Positions 16,061-25,674 of a stretch of DNA of 64,000 bases are shown one piece after another. The DNA lies in IMG/VR virus record IMGVR_UViG_3300025326_000023, positions 9,659 through 73,658 of that record. One strand, given 5' to 3'. This stretch comes from a virus. The position numbers were made by a program, and so were the translations under genes. The stretch's first letter is position 1, and each line of letters begins with the position of its first letter. The notes under the pieces were generated by a model, which was not told the DNA's origin, ran no database searches, and saw only the letters and a program-made list of their open reading frames with translations.

Positions 16061-17129
16061 AGAACACCTCACCGCTGACGGGGCAGATCACGGTTTTGCC
16101 GGAGGCTTGGGCGATGCGTTGCGCCTGGCGCGGGCAGGACTCGAACATCACGCTGCAGTCGGCCCGGCGGAAGGCTGCGCCCTTGTGCACTGCCGGGTCG
16201 TAGAACCGGTCGCGTTCTTGCTTAGTCAGCCACGGTCCGAAGCGGATGTCCTGCACGTCCACGCCGTAGCGGGCCAGCCAGTCGCGGGTCGGCTGTTCGT
16301 AGCGGGTCAGCCGGGCGGTGATGATCAGCGGCACGCGATGGGGGCGGGGCAGCCAGCGGGGGAGGACGTCCTGGAGCCATTGCCGATACGCCGGCCCGTC
16401 GTCGTCGTCTTCGGGCGGGCACTCCTGGCAGATCATGCCGTCCATATCGAAGGCGCACTTCTCGACCATCTCCGAGCCGAAGCAATGCCACTCGAACCAG
16501 TGCGGCATGACCCAGCAGCGGCCTGCCAAGTCGATCTTATGCCGGGCGGGCGGGTGGACGTAGACGGCGGCGGTCAGCAGGGGATCGAAGCCGTTGCTGC
16601 GGCACACGTCCACAGCCCGCTCCATTTCGGCGCCCGTGCAGACGGAATCGTCCACGAGCAAGGAGGCGGCGCGCGGGGCCTGGCATCGCTCCAGGCGTTC
16701 CAACTCCCGCGCCCGCCGGCCTCCGCCCAAATTGACGACGCAGTGCTCCATCACGGCGTAGAGCGGCAGGTTGCGCAAGGTGGCGATGGTGGCGGCCACC
16801 TGGAGTCCGCTGCGCGGGATGCCGATCACGGCCCCGACGTTGGCTGGCACCCGGGCGGCCAACTCCAGCGAGTCGGCCAGCAGGTGTTCTCGCGTGACCC
16901 AGCGGAGGCGGGGATCGTGCATCTGGGCCGGGTCGGGCGGGTGCTCGCGCATCCGCCGGGCCTTGGCGCCGGCCTGGAACCCTTGCTGGAAGGCCAGACT
17001 CTGACGCTCCCCGCTCGGACTGTCCGGGCAGGTGCCGCGTTGCGCCCCGTCGGCGGCCGCGCGGAAGCCCCGCTCGAATTCGGCGGCTGCCTGGGCGGGA
17101 CCGAGGATGGCGGCTGGTGCATTAGACAT
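16050..17129 (-). CDS. Type I phosphoribosyltransferase fused to a HAD-like domain
   Basis: VIGIPRSGL, LLVDDSVCTG (PRPP loop), AFDMDG (DxDG), IITAR. Confidence 0.8.
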   Translation of the reverse strand: MSNAPAAILGPAQAAAEFERGFRAAADGAQRGTCPDSPSGERQSLAFQQGFQAGAKARRMREHPPDPAQMHDPRLRWVTREHLLADSLELAARVPANVGAVIGIPRSGLQVAATIATLRNLPLYAVMEHCVVNLGGGRRARELERLERCQAPRAASLLVDDSVCTGAEMERAVDVCRSNGFDPLLTAAVYVHPPARHKIDLAGRCWVMPHWFEWHCFGSEMVEKCAFDMDGMICQECPPEDDDDGPAYRQWLQDVLPRWLPRPHRVPLIITARLTRYEQPTRDWLARYGVDVQDIRFGPWLTKQERDRFYDPAVHKGAAFRRADCSVMFESCPRQAQRIAQASGKTVICPVSGEVFYGW

Positions 17130-17156
17130 TCGTCATTCGACCTTTGTCATTTTAGG

Positions 17157-17510
17157 TCATGGATCCAAGCGGCGGCGTGGTTGGGACCAGCCGGGCTGGA
17201 CGAAAGCCGGGTCGGGCGGCGACTCGGCGGGCGAGGGCGGCTCGGGCAAGTTCAGGCTTTCCAGTTCTCGCAGAAACTCCTGATGCCCTTCCTCGGTCAA
17301 GTGCGACTCGTACTCGTTGAAGAAATCCTCCTCCCAGCGGACCAGGCATTTCTGCATGGGTTTGCCGACCAGGGCCGCGCCCAGGCTGCCGGGCGTGACA
17401 CGGATTCGCAGCAGGCGGCGGTGGCGGGTATCGCGGACCTCCACGTCCACATAGGGCGACTCATGCGCGGGATGCACCGGCTTGATCGTCAGCCGGCCCG
17501 TGTACTTCAT
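17157..17510 (-). CDS. Hypothetical protein
   Basis: In-operon ORF flanked by heptamer repeats; start uncertain. Confidence 0.5.
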   Translation of the reverse strand: MKYTGRLTIKPVHPAHESPYVDVEVRDTRHRRLLRIRVTPGSLGAALVGKPMQKCLVRWEEDFFNEYESHLTEEGHQEFLRELESLNLPEPPSPAESPPDPAFVQPGWSQPRRRLDP

Positions 17511-17573
17511 CTTGCTGCCGAAGTTTTCATTGCTCATTTTTCATTGCTCATTTCTAATTTCTCATTTGTGCCT

Positions 17574-17819
17574 TCATACCCGCAGCAGCCAATCGGTGGG
17601 CACTTGGAGCACTTTGGCCAGCCGCGCCAGGACGGCCACCGACGGCAGCCGTTCGGCGTGCAGGATATAGTGGATCTCGCTGCGGTGCTCGCCTGCCTGG
17701 GTGGCTAGTTGGGACGGGCGCAACTTGCGTCGTAGCATGATTTTCTGTAAATTACTGGCTAGGGCGCCGCGGACCGTCTCGTCACTGGGCAGGCCGGGGA
17801 TGCCGGGAGGTCGTGTCAT
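17574..17819 (-). CDS. XRE/Cro-CI family HTH regulator
   Basis: LRPSQLATQAGEHRSEIHYILHAERLPSVAVLARLAKVLQVPTDWLL fits the HTH_3 pattern. Confidence 0.85.
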   Translation of the reverse strand: MTRPPGIPGLPSDETVRGALASNLQKIMLRRKLRPSQLATQAGEHRSEIHYILHAERLPSVAVLARLAKVLQVPTDWLLRV

Positions 17820-17845
17820 TGGTCGTTGCTCCGCGATTTGCGTTC

Positions 17846-17873
17846 ATTGTACGGAACGTCGGGAGCGTGTCAA
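17846..17873 (-). promoter_or_regulatory. Sigma70-type promoter for the XRE-integrase-CRISPR operon
   Basis: Minus strand TTGACA-N16-TACAAT just upstream of the XRE gene; second TTGACA at 17881-17886. Confidence 0.6.
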
Positions 17874-17927
17874 GAGGGCCTGTCAAGCGGGCCGGGAAAA
17901 GAACGGAGGCGAGGAGATGGCGGGACG

Positions 17928-18107
17928 ATGCCGATGGTACCTGGCAGCGGACACAAGGCAATTTCCGCGAACATCGCGGAATTGATGCGTAGTTGGAAGG
18001 AAAAGGGTATGATGGGCAATAGCAAGCCGCGCAGCGCCAAGGACGCGCAGAAGATGGCGGCGGCGATCGCTTACGAGCACGCGCGGCGGACCAGCAAGAA
18101 GAAGTAG
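17928..18107 (+). CDS. Small basic phage protein (MPMVPGSGHKAISANI...AAAIAY)
   Basis: Resembles the common phage 'ISxNI...AVAIAY' small-protein type. Confidence 0.65.
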   Translation: MPMVPGSGHKAISANIAELMRSWKEKGMMGNSKPRSAKDAQKMAAAIAYEHARRTSKKK

Positions 18108-18135
18108 AGGGGCCTGCGGGCTCCGGGAGGCAATC

Positions 18136-18360
18136 ATGAGATCCACGGCAGAACGGCTGCGCGAGGAGCCGCCGGAGAACCCCTATCGGGCTCCGGCGGA
18201 GCTACCCGCGTTGTGGGCGGAGTTGGTGGAGGAGGAGACGGAGCGGCCGCGTCGCGGTGGCGCGGGGCGAGTGCTGGGCACGCTGGCCCTGTGCATCGCC
18301 GCCCTGGTGGTCTACTGGGCGGCCATGTGTGCGCTGGGCGAGTGGCTGGAGAGTTGGTAG
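18136..18360 (+). CDS. Small membrane protein (NPYxAP motif, C-terminal TM)
   Basis: GGGAGG RBS; hydrophobic helix. Confidence 0.6.
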   Translation: MRSTAERLREEPPENPYRAPAELPALWAELVEEETERPRRGGAGRVLGTLALCIAALVVYWAAMCALGEWLESW

Positions 18361-18363
18361 GCG

Positions 18364-20727
18364 CTAGAAGCTGCGGCGCAGATTGCGTTGCTTCTGAACC
18401 TTCTCGCGATCGGTCCCCCAGAGCCAATCCCAGGGAGTCCGCGTCACATCAGACACCCGCTGGCGAAATGCTGGGCTCACAATGGACGCTGCGGTTGCGA
18501 TCGGAGTAGCCAGGGCGCCGCTCAAGATCGCATCGCCGACCGCCTGTCCCCGTCCGCTCCAGAGCATCATTTCGCGGACTTTATCCTCGGGGATTCCCGC
18601 CGCGATCGCTCGCTGGCGCATGTCGTCTGGGGTACCGCCGCTCTGGGCGACTTCCGCCATGATGCGGTCGTAGCGTTCCTGGTCCGCTTTGCCGCTGGAG
18701 GCAGTTCGTTGGCGCGCCGGCGTCGGCGCGCCGCCCGCTGCGGCGGCGCCCGCCAAGGCCGGAGGCAGGCCGATGCTTTGGCGCCACAGATCGCGATCTT
18801 GCAGCTCTAACTCCTCGCGCTCTACGGCCGGCAGCGTGGTGTCTTTGAGCCTCTCGGCGATCTGGGCCCGCTTCGTTTCCAGGCCCTTTTCCGTCTTGCT
18901 TTGCGTGGCATGTTCGCGCAGGATATCGGCCTGGTCTTGCTGCGGTTTCGCGGTGACTTTAGCCTGTTCGAGGCCGGCGGCGTTAAGGAGTCTGGCCTGC
19001 TCGATCGCGTTCGCCCAGCCGCCCTGGGCGATGTCCATCTTCGTTTTCCGTTCGAGCTGGTCGGAGGCGAACTGTTGTTGTTGGTCCAGGAGTTTCAGGG
19101 CGGCCGGGTTGCCCGTCATGATCTGCTGTTGCAGCCAGGCCTGCTGGTTCTGGGCGGCGCGGGCCTGCTCGGCTTCGAGTTGCTGGCGTTTCATCTGCTG
19201 GATGGCTGGGCCGCGCTGCAGGAATTCCTGATTGCGGCGAAGCTGGACGGCGTTGTAGCGGGCCGCCGCATCGGCTTTGGCGGCGGCCAGCGCGGGTGGA
19301 TCGGCGTTACCGGGTAGCGCTGGGGGGACGATCTGGCCGGGTTCCACTCTCATCATGCCGCCGGGGGCCGCTTGGCCGACCATTTGCTGCGGTTGCGGTT
19401 GCTGGAAGCCGGGCGCGAGGGCCGGCGGGGGCTTTTGCGACCAGTAGCCGCGGGAGTCGATCACCACGCGGTCAGGTCTCTCCATCAATTCGATCCCATC
19501 CGGGCCTTGTTCAATGGGAAAGCCGACGTTCGTGAGATCCGGCCGGCGCAAGCTGGCCTGGGTGCCTTGCGCGATGTTGAGGGCTTCTTCCGGGCTCAGG
19601 CCGGCGGGTGCGGGGCGGGGGCCGCGGGCGGGTCCGCCGACGCCCATGATGGGCATTACGCTGGGGCCGGCGGCGCCGCGGTAGACGCCGCCCACGAAGC
19701 GGCTGCGCCAGGGGGAGACGGGGCCGATCTCGCCGCCCAGGTTGCGCCAATTCTGGACCAGGCGGTTCTCGCCCAGCAGCGGTTGGCCGCCGGGGGCGGA
19801 CAATACCGGCTGTGCGGGCAGGCCGCGGGCCAGGGCCTGGTTGGTATCGACGGCCACCTGGGTGGCTGCTCGTTCCCGCCAGGACGGCAGCCCGGCGGCA
19901 CCCGCACCGGCCGCGCGGGGCGGGAACGCGGGCAGGGCGGCAGGCGCGCCGCCTCCGACCAACGGGCCAGCTTGAGCCGGATTGCGGAAGTTCCAGCGGC
20001 CGGGCCGTTGCCGCTCAAGCGGGGCAGCTTGATCTGGATTCACAAATTCCCAGTGTGGCATGAGAAAACTCCTTATAGCCCGCCAGGCCGAACGGCTCTG
20101 GGGCGGGCGCACCGCAAGCGGATATCCACCCGGTTCGATCCACGGCATACGCGAACGCGACCAAAAACCTCGAGGTTGTGGCGGGGGATGGGGGCGTGGA
20201 CCCTCTCCCGTGGAGACAGCGTCGGTGCCGGTCGGCCAAAAAGCGACTGGTTGCCGAGGCGTCCGGGACGGAGTCGCGCCCAATGCCTGCAGCGATTCAG
20301 TCAGACTCGGCAGTTGATTGTTGGCGGGAGGACGCCGAAGCCGGCCGATCTGATTGGTCCATTGTGGATTGTCGGCGAGGAGTTTGTCGATATCTGCTCC
20401 CTCGAAGACGCCATGCTGTGCGGCTTGTTGGCGGAGCCAATCCGCGCTGGGACGATAGTCGGGGTTTAGCGGGACGGGTGTATCTGCATCCAATACTCCG
20501 TGCCGCTTGGCCGCCTCGATCTCGGCCAAGTGGCCCGCCAGAGTCGCGCCCAGTTCGCGCGTTGCGACCAGACCAGTAAACGGTCCACCTTGCAGCGCGT
20601 GCGTGCCTTCATGAGCCAAGGTCGCGATATTGTAGGCTTTGCTCTGCGGCAGGATGACCTGCCGTTGCTCGGGAGCATACGAGGCCACCGGCCCCGATAC
20701 AATCTCTGGGTACTGGCCAGCAAACAT
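18364..20727 (-). CDS. Large P/A/Q-rich protein with an N-terminal HExxH motif; possible ejection protein
   Basis: TLAHEGTHALQ; Q-rich coiled coil; true start uncertain. Confidence 0.55.
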   Translation of the reverse strand: MFAGQYPEIVSGPVASYAPEQRQVILPQSKAYNIATLAHEGTHALQGGPFTGLVATRELGATLAGHLAEIEAAKRHGVLDADTPVPLNPDYRPSADWLRQQAAQHGVFEGADIDKLLADNPQWTNQIGRLRRPPANNQLPSLTESLQALGATPSRTPRQPVAFWPTGTDAVSTGEGPRPHPPPQPRGFWSRSRMPWIEPGGYPLAVRPPQSRSAWRAIRSFLMPHWEFVNPDQAAPLERQRPGRWNFRNPAQAGPLVGGGAPAALPAFPPRAAGAGAAGLPSWRERAATQVAVDTNQALARGLPAQPVLSAPGGQPLLGENRLVQNWRNLGGEIGPVSPWRSRFVGGVYRGAAGPSVMPIMGVGGPARGPRPAPAGLSPEEALNIAQGTQASLRRPDLTNVGFPIEQGPDGIELMERPDRVVIDSRGYWSQKPPPALAPGFQQPQPQQMVGQAAPGGMMRVEPGQIVPPALPGNADPPALAAAKADAAARYNAVQLRRNQEFLQRGPAIQQMKRQQLEAEQARAAQNQQAWLQQQIMTGNPAALKLLDQQQQFASDQLERKTKMDIAQGGWANAIEQARLLNAAGLEQAKVTAKPQQDQADILREHATQSKTEKGLETKRAQIAERLKDTTLPAVEREELELQDRDLWRQSIGLPPALAGAAAAGGAPTPARQRTASSGKADQERYDRIMAEVAQSGGTPDDMRQRAIAAGIPEDKVREMMLWSGRGQAVGDAILSGALATPIATAASIVSPAFRQRVSDVTRTPWDWLWGTDREKVQKQRNLRRSF

Positions 20728-20923
20728 GGATCGCAGAATGTCGGCTTTGTGGCGGGCCAGGTGGCAATCGGGAGCTGGCCTTGCGCATCATCTCACGCGG
20801 TCGAGCGTCAGGATCTAACTGTAGGTACAGCCAATCATTGGCGCGGTCGGGGTCGACCAGCCGATTGTGTAGCTGGACGAGAGAGGTATGCCGAGCGCCG
20901 TATGGGAATTGGCTTGGCACTCG

Positions 20924-22048
20924 CTACTCCTTCCAGACGATTGGGCCGATCACGCCGCGCTCGTCGATGCCGAGTTGGACGTCGGAGCCGAACAGTCGGC
21001 CGTCGGGCGCCTGCCAAACATCGCGGCCAGGGAATCCCGGCAGATCGCGGCCGATTTTTTTGAATGGAATGATACCACCGCCCGCCTTCGGTGCGATGGC
21101 TGGAGGCCGTTCAGGGCGGGGCGGTGAGGGTAAGGGCGCGGGTGCGAACCCCGTTGGGGCGACCGGATTTTGAAGGAATCCGAAGAACTGGGACGGCGGA
21201 ACCGGCCGTGGGCCTTCGCCCGTGTAGGCTGCGGCAGGCTCCCATGTTGGCCGGGGCATGGGGGCGCTCAAAACGCCAACGCCAGGCATCGGCATCGTGG
21301 CGGGCTTCGCTTCGCCACCGGTCAGTTCGCTGAGCAGCACGGCCAGCCCGCCACCACCCAGGCCAGCGACGCTGGCGGCCCCGGCAGCCAAGGCCCGTCG
21401 TCCCCAGGGCGAGGCTGGGCGCAGGGCCGGCGGCGGCGCGGTTGGCGAGGCTGGGCGCATGCCCGGCGGCGCAAGCGGAGCGGTGTTCAGGGCCGGCTGG
21501 ACGGCTGGTTGCGTCGCCGCGGCTGCGGCACGGCGGGCATTGGCCTGGGCCACTGCTTCGGCGCTGATTGCGGGAGGCGGAGGTGGCGTCGCCGCCGGGC
21601 CCGTCTCGAAATGGTACCGTTCGCTCGGCGTCAGTTCGTATCTGTATCGCGGGTATCCGGTTTCGGGGTTTATGGGCCATCCAGGTCTCGTCCATTCAAA
21701 TTCCTTAGACAAAGGGGTTTGCGATCGCACCGTGGGCAGCGGCAGTCGCGCCGTGTTCCTGGGCGCAGCGCGGCCGGAGACTGTGGGTGATGGGGCCGGC
21801 TGCGCCCACCAGGGCATGGTCAATTTGACGGTGCGGTCGTTCGGATTGGGCCGAACCATGCCGGGCAGCATCTTCAGTGGATTCTGGACAGCGAGTCTTT
21901 TGCCAAGAGGAATATCGGGAAGGTCCTCATCGGGGACGCCGCCGGAGGCCAAGTCTCGCAGCGATTGCACTTCCGGGGTCTGAGCCAGCATGCGCAGCCA
22001 GAGGGCGGGGTTCTTGGAAAAGGACTGGAGGATGTCGCGAGTAGGCAT
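20924..22048 (-). CDS. Proline-rich hypothetical protein (possible virion/ejection protein)
   Basis: 374 aa, GGAG RBS, one hydrophobic G/A-rich segment. Confidence 0.55.
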   Translation of the reverse strand: MPTRDILQSFSKNPALWLRMLAQTPEVQSLRDLASGGVPDEDLPDIPLGKRLAVQNPLKMLPGMVRPNPNDRTVKLTMPWWAQPAPSPTVSGRAAPRNTARLPLPTVRSQTPLSKEFEWTRPGWPINPETGYPRYRYELTPSERYHFETGPAATPPPPPAISAEAVAQANARRAAAAATQPAVQPALNTAPLAPPGMRPASPTAPPPALRPASPWGRRALAAGAASVAGLGGGGLAVLLSELTGGEAKPATMPMPGVGVLSAPMPRPTWEPAAAYTGEGPRPVPPSQFFGFLQNPVAPTGFAPAPLPSPPRPERPPAIAPKAGGGIIPFKKIGRDLPGFPGRDVWQAPDGRLFGSDVQLGIDERGVIGPIVWKE

Positions 22049-22322
22049 GCTACGGCTCCAGGCGTGCGGAAGGAGTCAGGGGCGAGTGGCGTGGAGCCGC
22101 GGTGCAGTGGTCCCGATAGTATACCGCTTCGGGGCGCCGATCGCAAGGCGACGGGGGCGTTGGTGAGGGCCTCGGCGCGAAAAAAACCGCGGGTTGATAA
22201 GGCCCGCGGCAGGTCACACCAAGCGGTGCGCCGAGAGGTCGAAGATCACCCCAGCAGCTCATTCATTATCCAGCGCGGGCAGCCGCCGTCAAGGCGTCCA
22301 GGCTGCCGGGAGGTGGGCCGGT

Positions 22323-22643
22323 CTAGTGGCCGGCGGCGAAGGCCCGCATCTCTTCGCGCCGATCCCGGAAAGCGATGAGCAACTGCAGCAACTCGTCGGG
22401 CTCGTCGCAGAGAAACGGTACGATGCGTGCGATAGTTTCGTCATCGGCATACAGGCCGCCGGCGTCCAGTTGATCCCAGGCGGAGGTGCCCTTGGCCAGC
22501 ATCTTGCTGCCTGAATTAACGATCATGAAGCCCATCTCGGCCAGCTCGAATGTGGCGCCCAGGATCCACATCACCGAGGCGTCATAGCGCGTCAGGCTGA
22601 CGCCGTTGATTACGATCGTTTCGTCCGATTCGGGTTTTGACAT
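22323..22643 (-). CDS. Hypothetical protein
   Basis: AGGAG RBS, 106 aa. Confidence 0.65.
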   Translation of the reverse strand: MSKPESDETIVINGVSLTRYDASVMWILGATFELAEMGFMIVNSGSKMLAKGTSAWDQLDAGGLYADDETIARIVPFLCDEPDELLQLLIAFRDRREEMRAFAAGH

Positions 22644-22673
22644 GGTGGCTCCTTTCCTTGTTGACTTGTAGCC

Positions 22674-22781
22674 GACGTCGGGAGACGTCGGGAGACGTCG
22701 GGAGACGTCGGGCGTTTTGGATAGCCTGCCGAATTCTCACGAATTCGGCTACGGATTCGGCTACGGATTCGGCTACGGATT
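22674..22781. repeat. Two adjacent tandem repeats: (GACGTCGGGA)x~4 and (ATTCGGCTACGG)x3
   Basis: Directly visible at 22674-22712 and 22743-22781. Confidence 0.9.
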
Positions 22782-23849
22782 GGTCAGGCGGATGTCGTCC
22801 GTCCCGTACCATCGCAAAAACTGATAGTCGGCGTGCGGCAGCAGGTCAATCCAGGGCCGCACGGGCACGCCGACTTTCTGCTCGCTGCCTTGGGCGTGGG
22901 GCAATTCGATCCGGTCCCAGCGTCCGGCGTAGATGTCGTCCAGGCAGCGGAAGCGTTTGATGGCGCCTTCGCCGGCCAGGCGCTGGTCGTCGGGGGCGGA
23001 GCGGCGTTGGCCGCCGAGGCGGTCCTGGGCGCCGCAGAGGGCTTGCAGGCGGGCGCGGGTGAAGTCTTCGTTGCGGAAGGGGATGTGGTGCAGCCAGAGA
23101 TGTTCGGTGGGTTCTACCAAGCAGCGGCCCCGTTTCAAGAGCGGCGTGTGGCAGCCGCGCATGAAGCAGCCGTCGACGACGCCGTTGCGGTAGCGGTAGC
23201 AAGGGTGCTTCCAGTGTCCGTGCTGGCAGAAGGTGGGCGTGCGGCGGAGCCAGACCAGGGGCTGGAACTCGGCCGGGTGCAGACCGCGCTCGTTGTGCCG
23301 CGTGGAGCCGGGCGACGGGTAGTGGTCGATCGACTGCATGGGGACGGTGTTGCAGGTCGGGTCCAGGTGTGCCAGGTAGTCGCGGAACCGCAGGCCGCGG
23401 GGGGCGTGCAGGAACTCGTCGGCGTCCAGGCAGACCACCCAGAGCACGGGATACCGCTCCGTGCTGACGATCCGCTGCAGGTGCTGGTTGAGCAGCTTGA
23501 CGCGCAGCTCCTCCTGGTAGTAGTCCGTGTGGTAGGATTCCAGCAGTTCGGCGCCGGCGGCCCGCGCGGTGGCCACGGTGGTGTCGGGGCTGTCGTTATC
23601 GAGCAGGTAGACCCGGTTGCAGCCGTGGCGGAAGCAATTCTGGACGGCCGCCTGAATCACGTCCGACTCGAACCAACTGGAGATCACGGCGTAGAGATGG
23701 AAATCGTCGCAGCCCAGATTCAGCCAGAAGTCAGCGCAGGAGTAGACGGTGGGCTGGGTCCAGCCGCTGTCGCGAGTCAGCCAGGACTTCAGGTCGTCCA
23801 GGTCGTTGGGAACCGGGGGGGGATCATGAAATGGGGCGCGGTCGGTCAT
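22773..23849 (-). CDS. Glycosyltransferase, GT2-like (GT-A fold)
   Basis: YLLDNDSPD and WVVCLDADEF (DxD) motifs. Confidence 0.85.
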   Translation of the reverse strand: MTDRAPFHDPPPVPNDLDDLKSWLTRDSGWTQPTVYSCADFWLNLGCDDFHLYAVISSWFESDVIQAAVQNCFRHGCNRVYLLDNDSPDTTVATARAAGAELLESYHTDYYQEELRVKLLNQHLQRIVSTERYPVLWVVCLDADEFLHAPRGLRFRDYLAHLDPTCNTVPMQSIDHYPSPGSTRHNERGLHPAEFQPLVWLRRTPTFCQHGHWKHPCYRYRNGVVDGCFMRGCHTPLLKRGRCLVEPTEHLWLHHIPFRNEDFTRARLQALCGAQDRLGGQRRSAPDDQRLAGEGAIKRFRCLDDIYAGRWDRIELPHAQGSEQKVGVPVRPWIDLLPHADYQFLRWYGTDDIRLTNP

Positions 23850-23852
23850 GGG

Positions 23853-23960
23853 CAAATGCCTAAATCCCAATGACGAATGTCTAAGAAAACCAGAAGCACG
23901 AATGCCGAACCGTTCTTCTCATTGTTCGTTCCTCATTGTTCGTTTCTCATTGTTCATTGC
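23853..23960. repeat. Heptamer repeat element
   Basis: cccaatgacgaatgtctaag...ctcattgttcgttcctcattgttcgtttctcattg. Confidence 0.8.
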
Positions 23961-24362
23961 CGGGCTTTCGTCACCTGGCAACGACTCGTCCTCGATCGTC
24001 AGTTCGACATGCTGGCCCTCCAGGTCCGCCAGGCGTTCCAGCAGATCGCAGCGGCCGATGGAGACGTGGTCCGAATCCACCGACGTGTATCCGCTGTAGC
24101 CCCAGCCCATCTCAGCCACGGCGGGGCCGCGGGCGATCTCCTCGCCGTTCAGCACGGCGCGGACGGAATCGGTCCATTTGTGTTCCATGATCTCGTCCAC
24201 AAGATCATGATTGCCGATCTGGATCGCACCTTCGTTCGGGCCATCACATCGGTACGGATCGCCGCCATGGACGACACCAGAGAATGAAATACGTGTCAAG
24301 ATAGCACCTTTGTCGTCAACAGGGTAGTGTGGGCAAGCACCGTGGTAAACTGGGGAGACCAA
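23919..24362 (-). CDS. Hypothetical protein
   Basis: Acidic ORF whose C-terminus runs into the repeat element; start uncertain. Confidence 0.5.
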   Translation of the reverse strand: MVSPVYHGACPHYPVDDKGAILTRISFSGVVHGGDPYRCDGPNEGAIQIGNHDLVDEIMEHKWTDSVRAVLNGEEIARGPAVAEMGWGYSGYTSVDSDHVSIGRCDLLERLADLEGQHVELTIEDESLPGDESPAMNNEKRTMRNEQ

Positions 24363-24404
24363 AGTAGCGCCGCGCTACTTTGCTTTCGCATTAGGGGGGT
24401 ATCA

Positions 24405-24920
24405 TCAGTATTCGAATCGGATCTGAGCCGGTGGGTGGATGAATGGTGGCTGCGTCCACCAAATGTGCCGGGGTGGCAGGGTCATCAACTGCTCCACGAT
24501 CGCCCAAGGATAGATGTTGTTGAAGGTAAAGTAGGTTGCGTCTGGTAGGTGGACCGTATAGCACCAGCCAATGGGATGGGCCTCCATGAGTTGTTGGCGC
24601 GTGACCGGGCCGAAGAAGCCATGTCTCCAGGTGCGCTGGTCCAGGGTGCCGGGAGGACGCAGGGTGCCGGGTGTCAGACGCAAGGCGCCTTCCAGTTGTT
24701 TCAGGGGCAAGAAAGTTGGCTCGTCGGCATCCCAGAAATACAAGTCGCAGCAGGAGAAGTCCCGTGCCAGATGGAGGGTGAAGCGGACGCGCTCGGGCGC
24801 GCTGGGGGGCGGCGGGCCAGGCGTGGCAAGAGCCAAGGAGGTGACGCCGCCAGCGGTTATCGCGGCGCAGGCGCCGAAAAACTCTCGGCGGTCACAACGG
24901 AGCAGAGCGGTCATGTGCAT
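24405..24920 (-). CDS. Hypothetical protein with a twin-arginine-like signal
   Basis: DRREFFGACAAITAGG. Confidence 0.55.
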   Translation of the reverse strand: MHMTALLRCDRREFFGACAAITAGGVTSLALATPGPPPPSAPERVRFTLHLARDFSCCDLYFWDADEPTFLPLKQLEGALRLTPGTLRPPGTLDQRTWRHGFFGPVTRQQLMEAHPIGWCYTVHLPDATYFTFNNIYPWAIVEQLMTLPPRHIWWTQPPFIHPPAQIRFEY

Positions 24921-24974
24921 GCCCCTTTCGATGAAATGACGAAATCCGAATGACGAATGCCGAAGATGGTTTCG

Positions 24975-25307
24975 TCATTCGGGTTTCTTTAGACATTCGG
25001 CCCTTGGCCCTTGGCCGTCGTAACTCCGGGCAAACAGACTGACGCACAAGTCGCCGTCGGGAAGCAAGGTGAGTTGGAATCGCGGCGAACGGGTGAGGGA
25101 TTGTTCCTGGGCGTCCAGCAATTGGTTGACGATCCAGACGAGCATCGCGCAGGAGAGTTCCGGCACGCTGTTTTGGGTGGTGGCTTTTATCAAACATGTT
25201 CGTCCTTGCGCCGGCTGGCACCAGGGGCTGATGCGCAGGGATGCTGCGGCCTGCTGTCGGCCTTGCGGGTCATCCCTTATCAACATTTCTCGGGTGGTCT
25301 TCTCCAT
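24975..25307 (-). CDS. Hypothetical protein
   Basis: In-operon ORF with GGAGG upstream. Confidence 0.45.
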   Translation of the reverse strand: MEKTTREMLIRDDPQGRQQAAASLRISPWCQPAQGRTCLIKATTQNSVPELSCAMLVWIVNQLLDAQEQSLTRSPRFQLTLLPDGDLCVSLFARSYDGQGPRAECLKKPE

Positions 25308-25358
25308 GTTCCCATGCCTCCAGGTTAGAACGGACGGGGTTAAATCTCGGGCGCGCGG

Positions 25359-25658
25359 TCATCCGCGGGGTCCTTTCTGAAATTGGTCCAGCAGCCGTTC
25401 CAGCGTAAGGCGCGCCGCCTGCAGCGAGTCGTCGCCCGGCTGGGCGCGGAAAAAATCCTGATTGTGATTGACCAAGTCGCGGATGCGCTGCATCTCCGCC
25501 TGGCTGCTTTCCAGATAATACAGCCATTCGATGGTTGTGTGGAGATCTGCGCCGTGCTGATATGGCGCGGCGTAAACTGCGCTGGCGAGAGCCGCCATGT
25601 ATTCGATGGTGGCGTGGAGTTTTATGTCGGGTGTCGCGGATATTGGAAAACGGATCAT
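25359..25658 (-). CDS. Hypothetical helical protein
   Basis: In-operon ORF. Confidence 0.5.
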   Translation of the reverse strand: MIRFPISATPDIKLHATIEYMAALASAVYAAPYQHGADLHTTIEWLYYLESSQAEMQRIRDLVNHNQDFFRAQPGDDSLQAARLTLERLLDQFQKGPRG

Positions 25659-25674
25659 GGTGGATCGCCTACAA

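Noticed and set aside
20609-20920. Possible frameshift joining this ORF to 18364-20727
   Set aside because: No clear slippery site; cannot be distinguished from separate ORFs or a sequencing error
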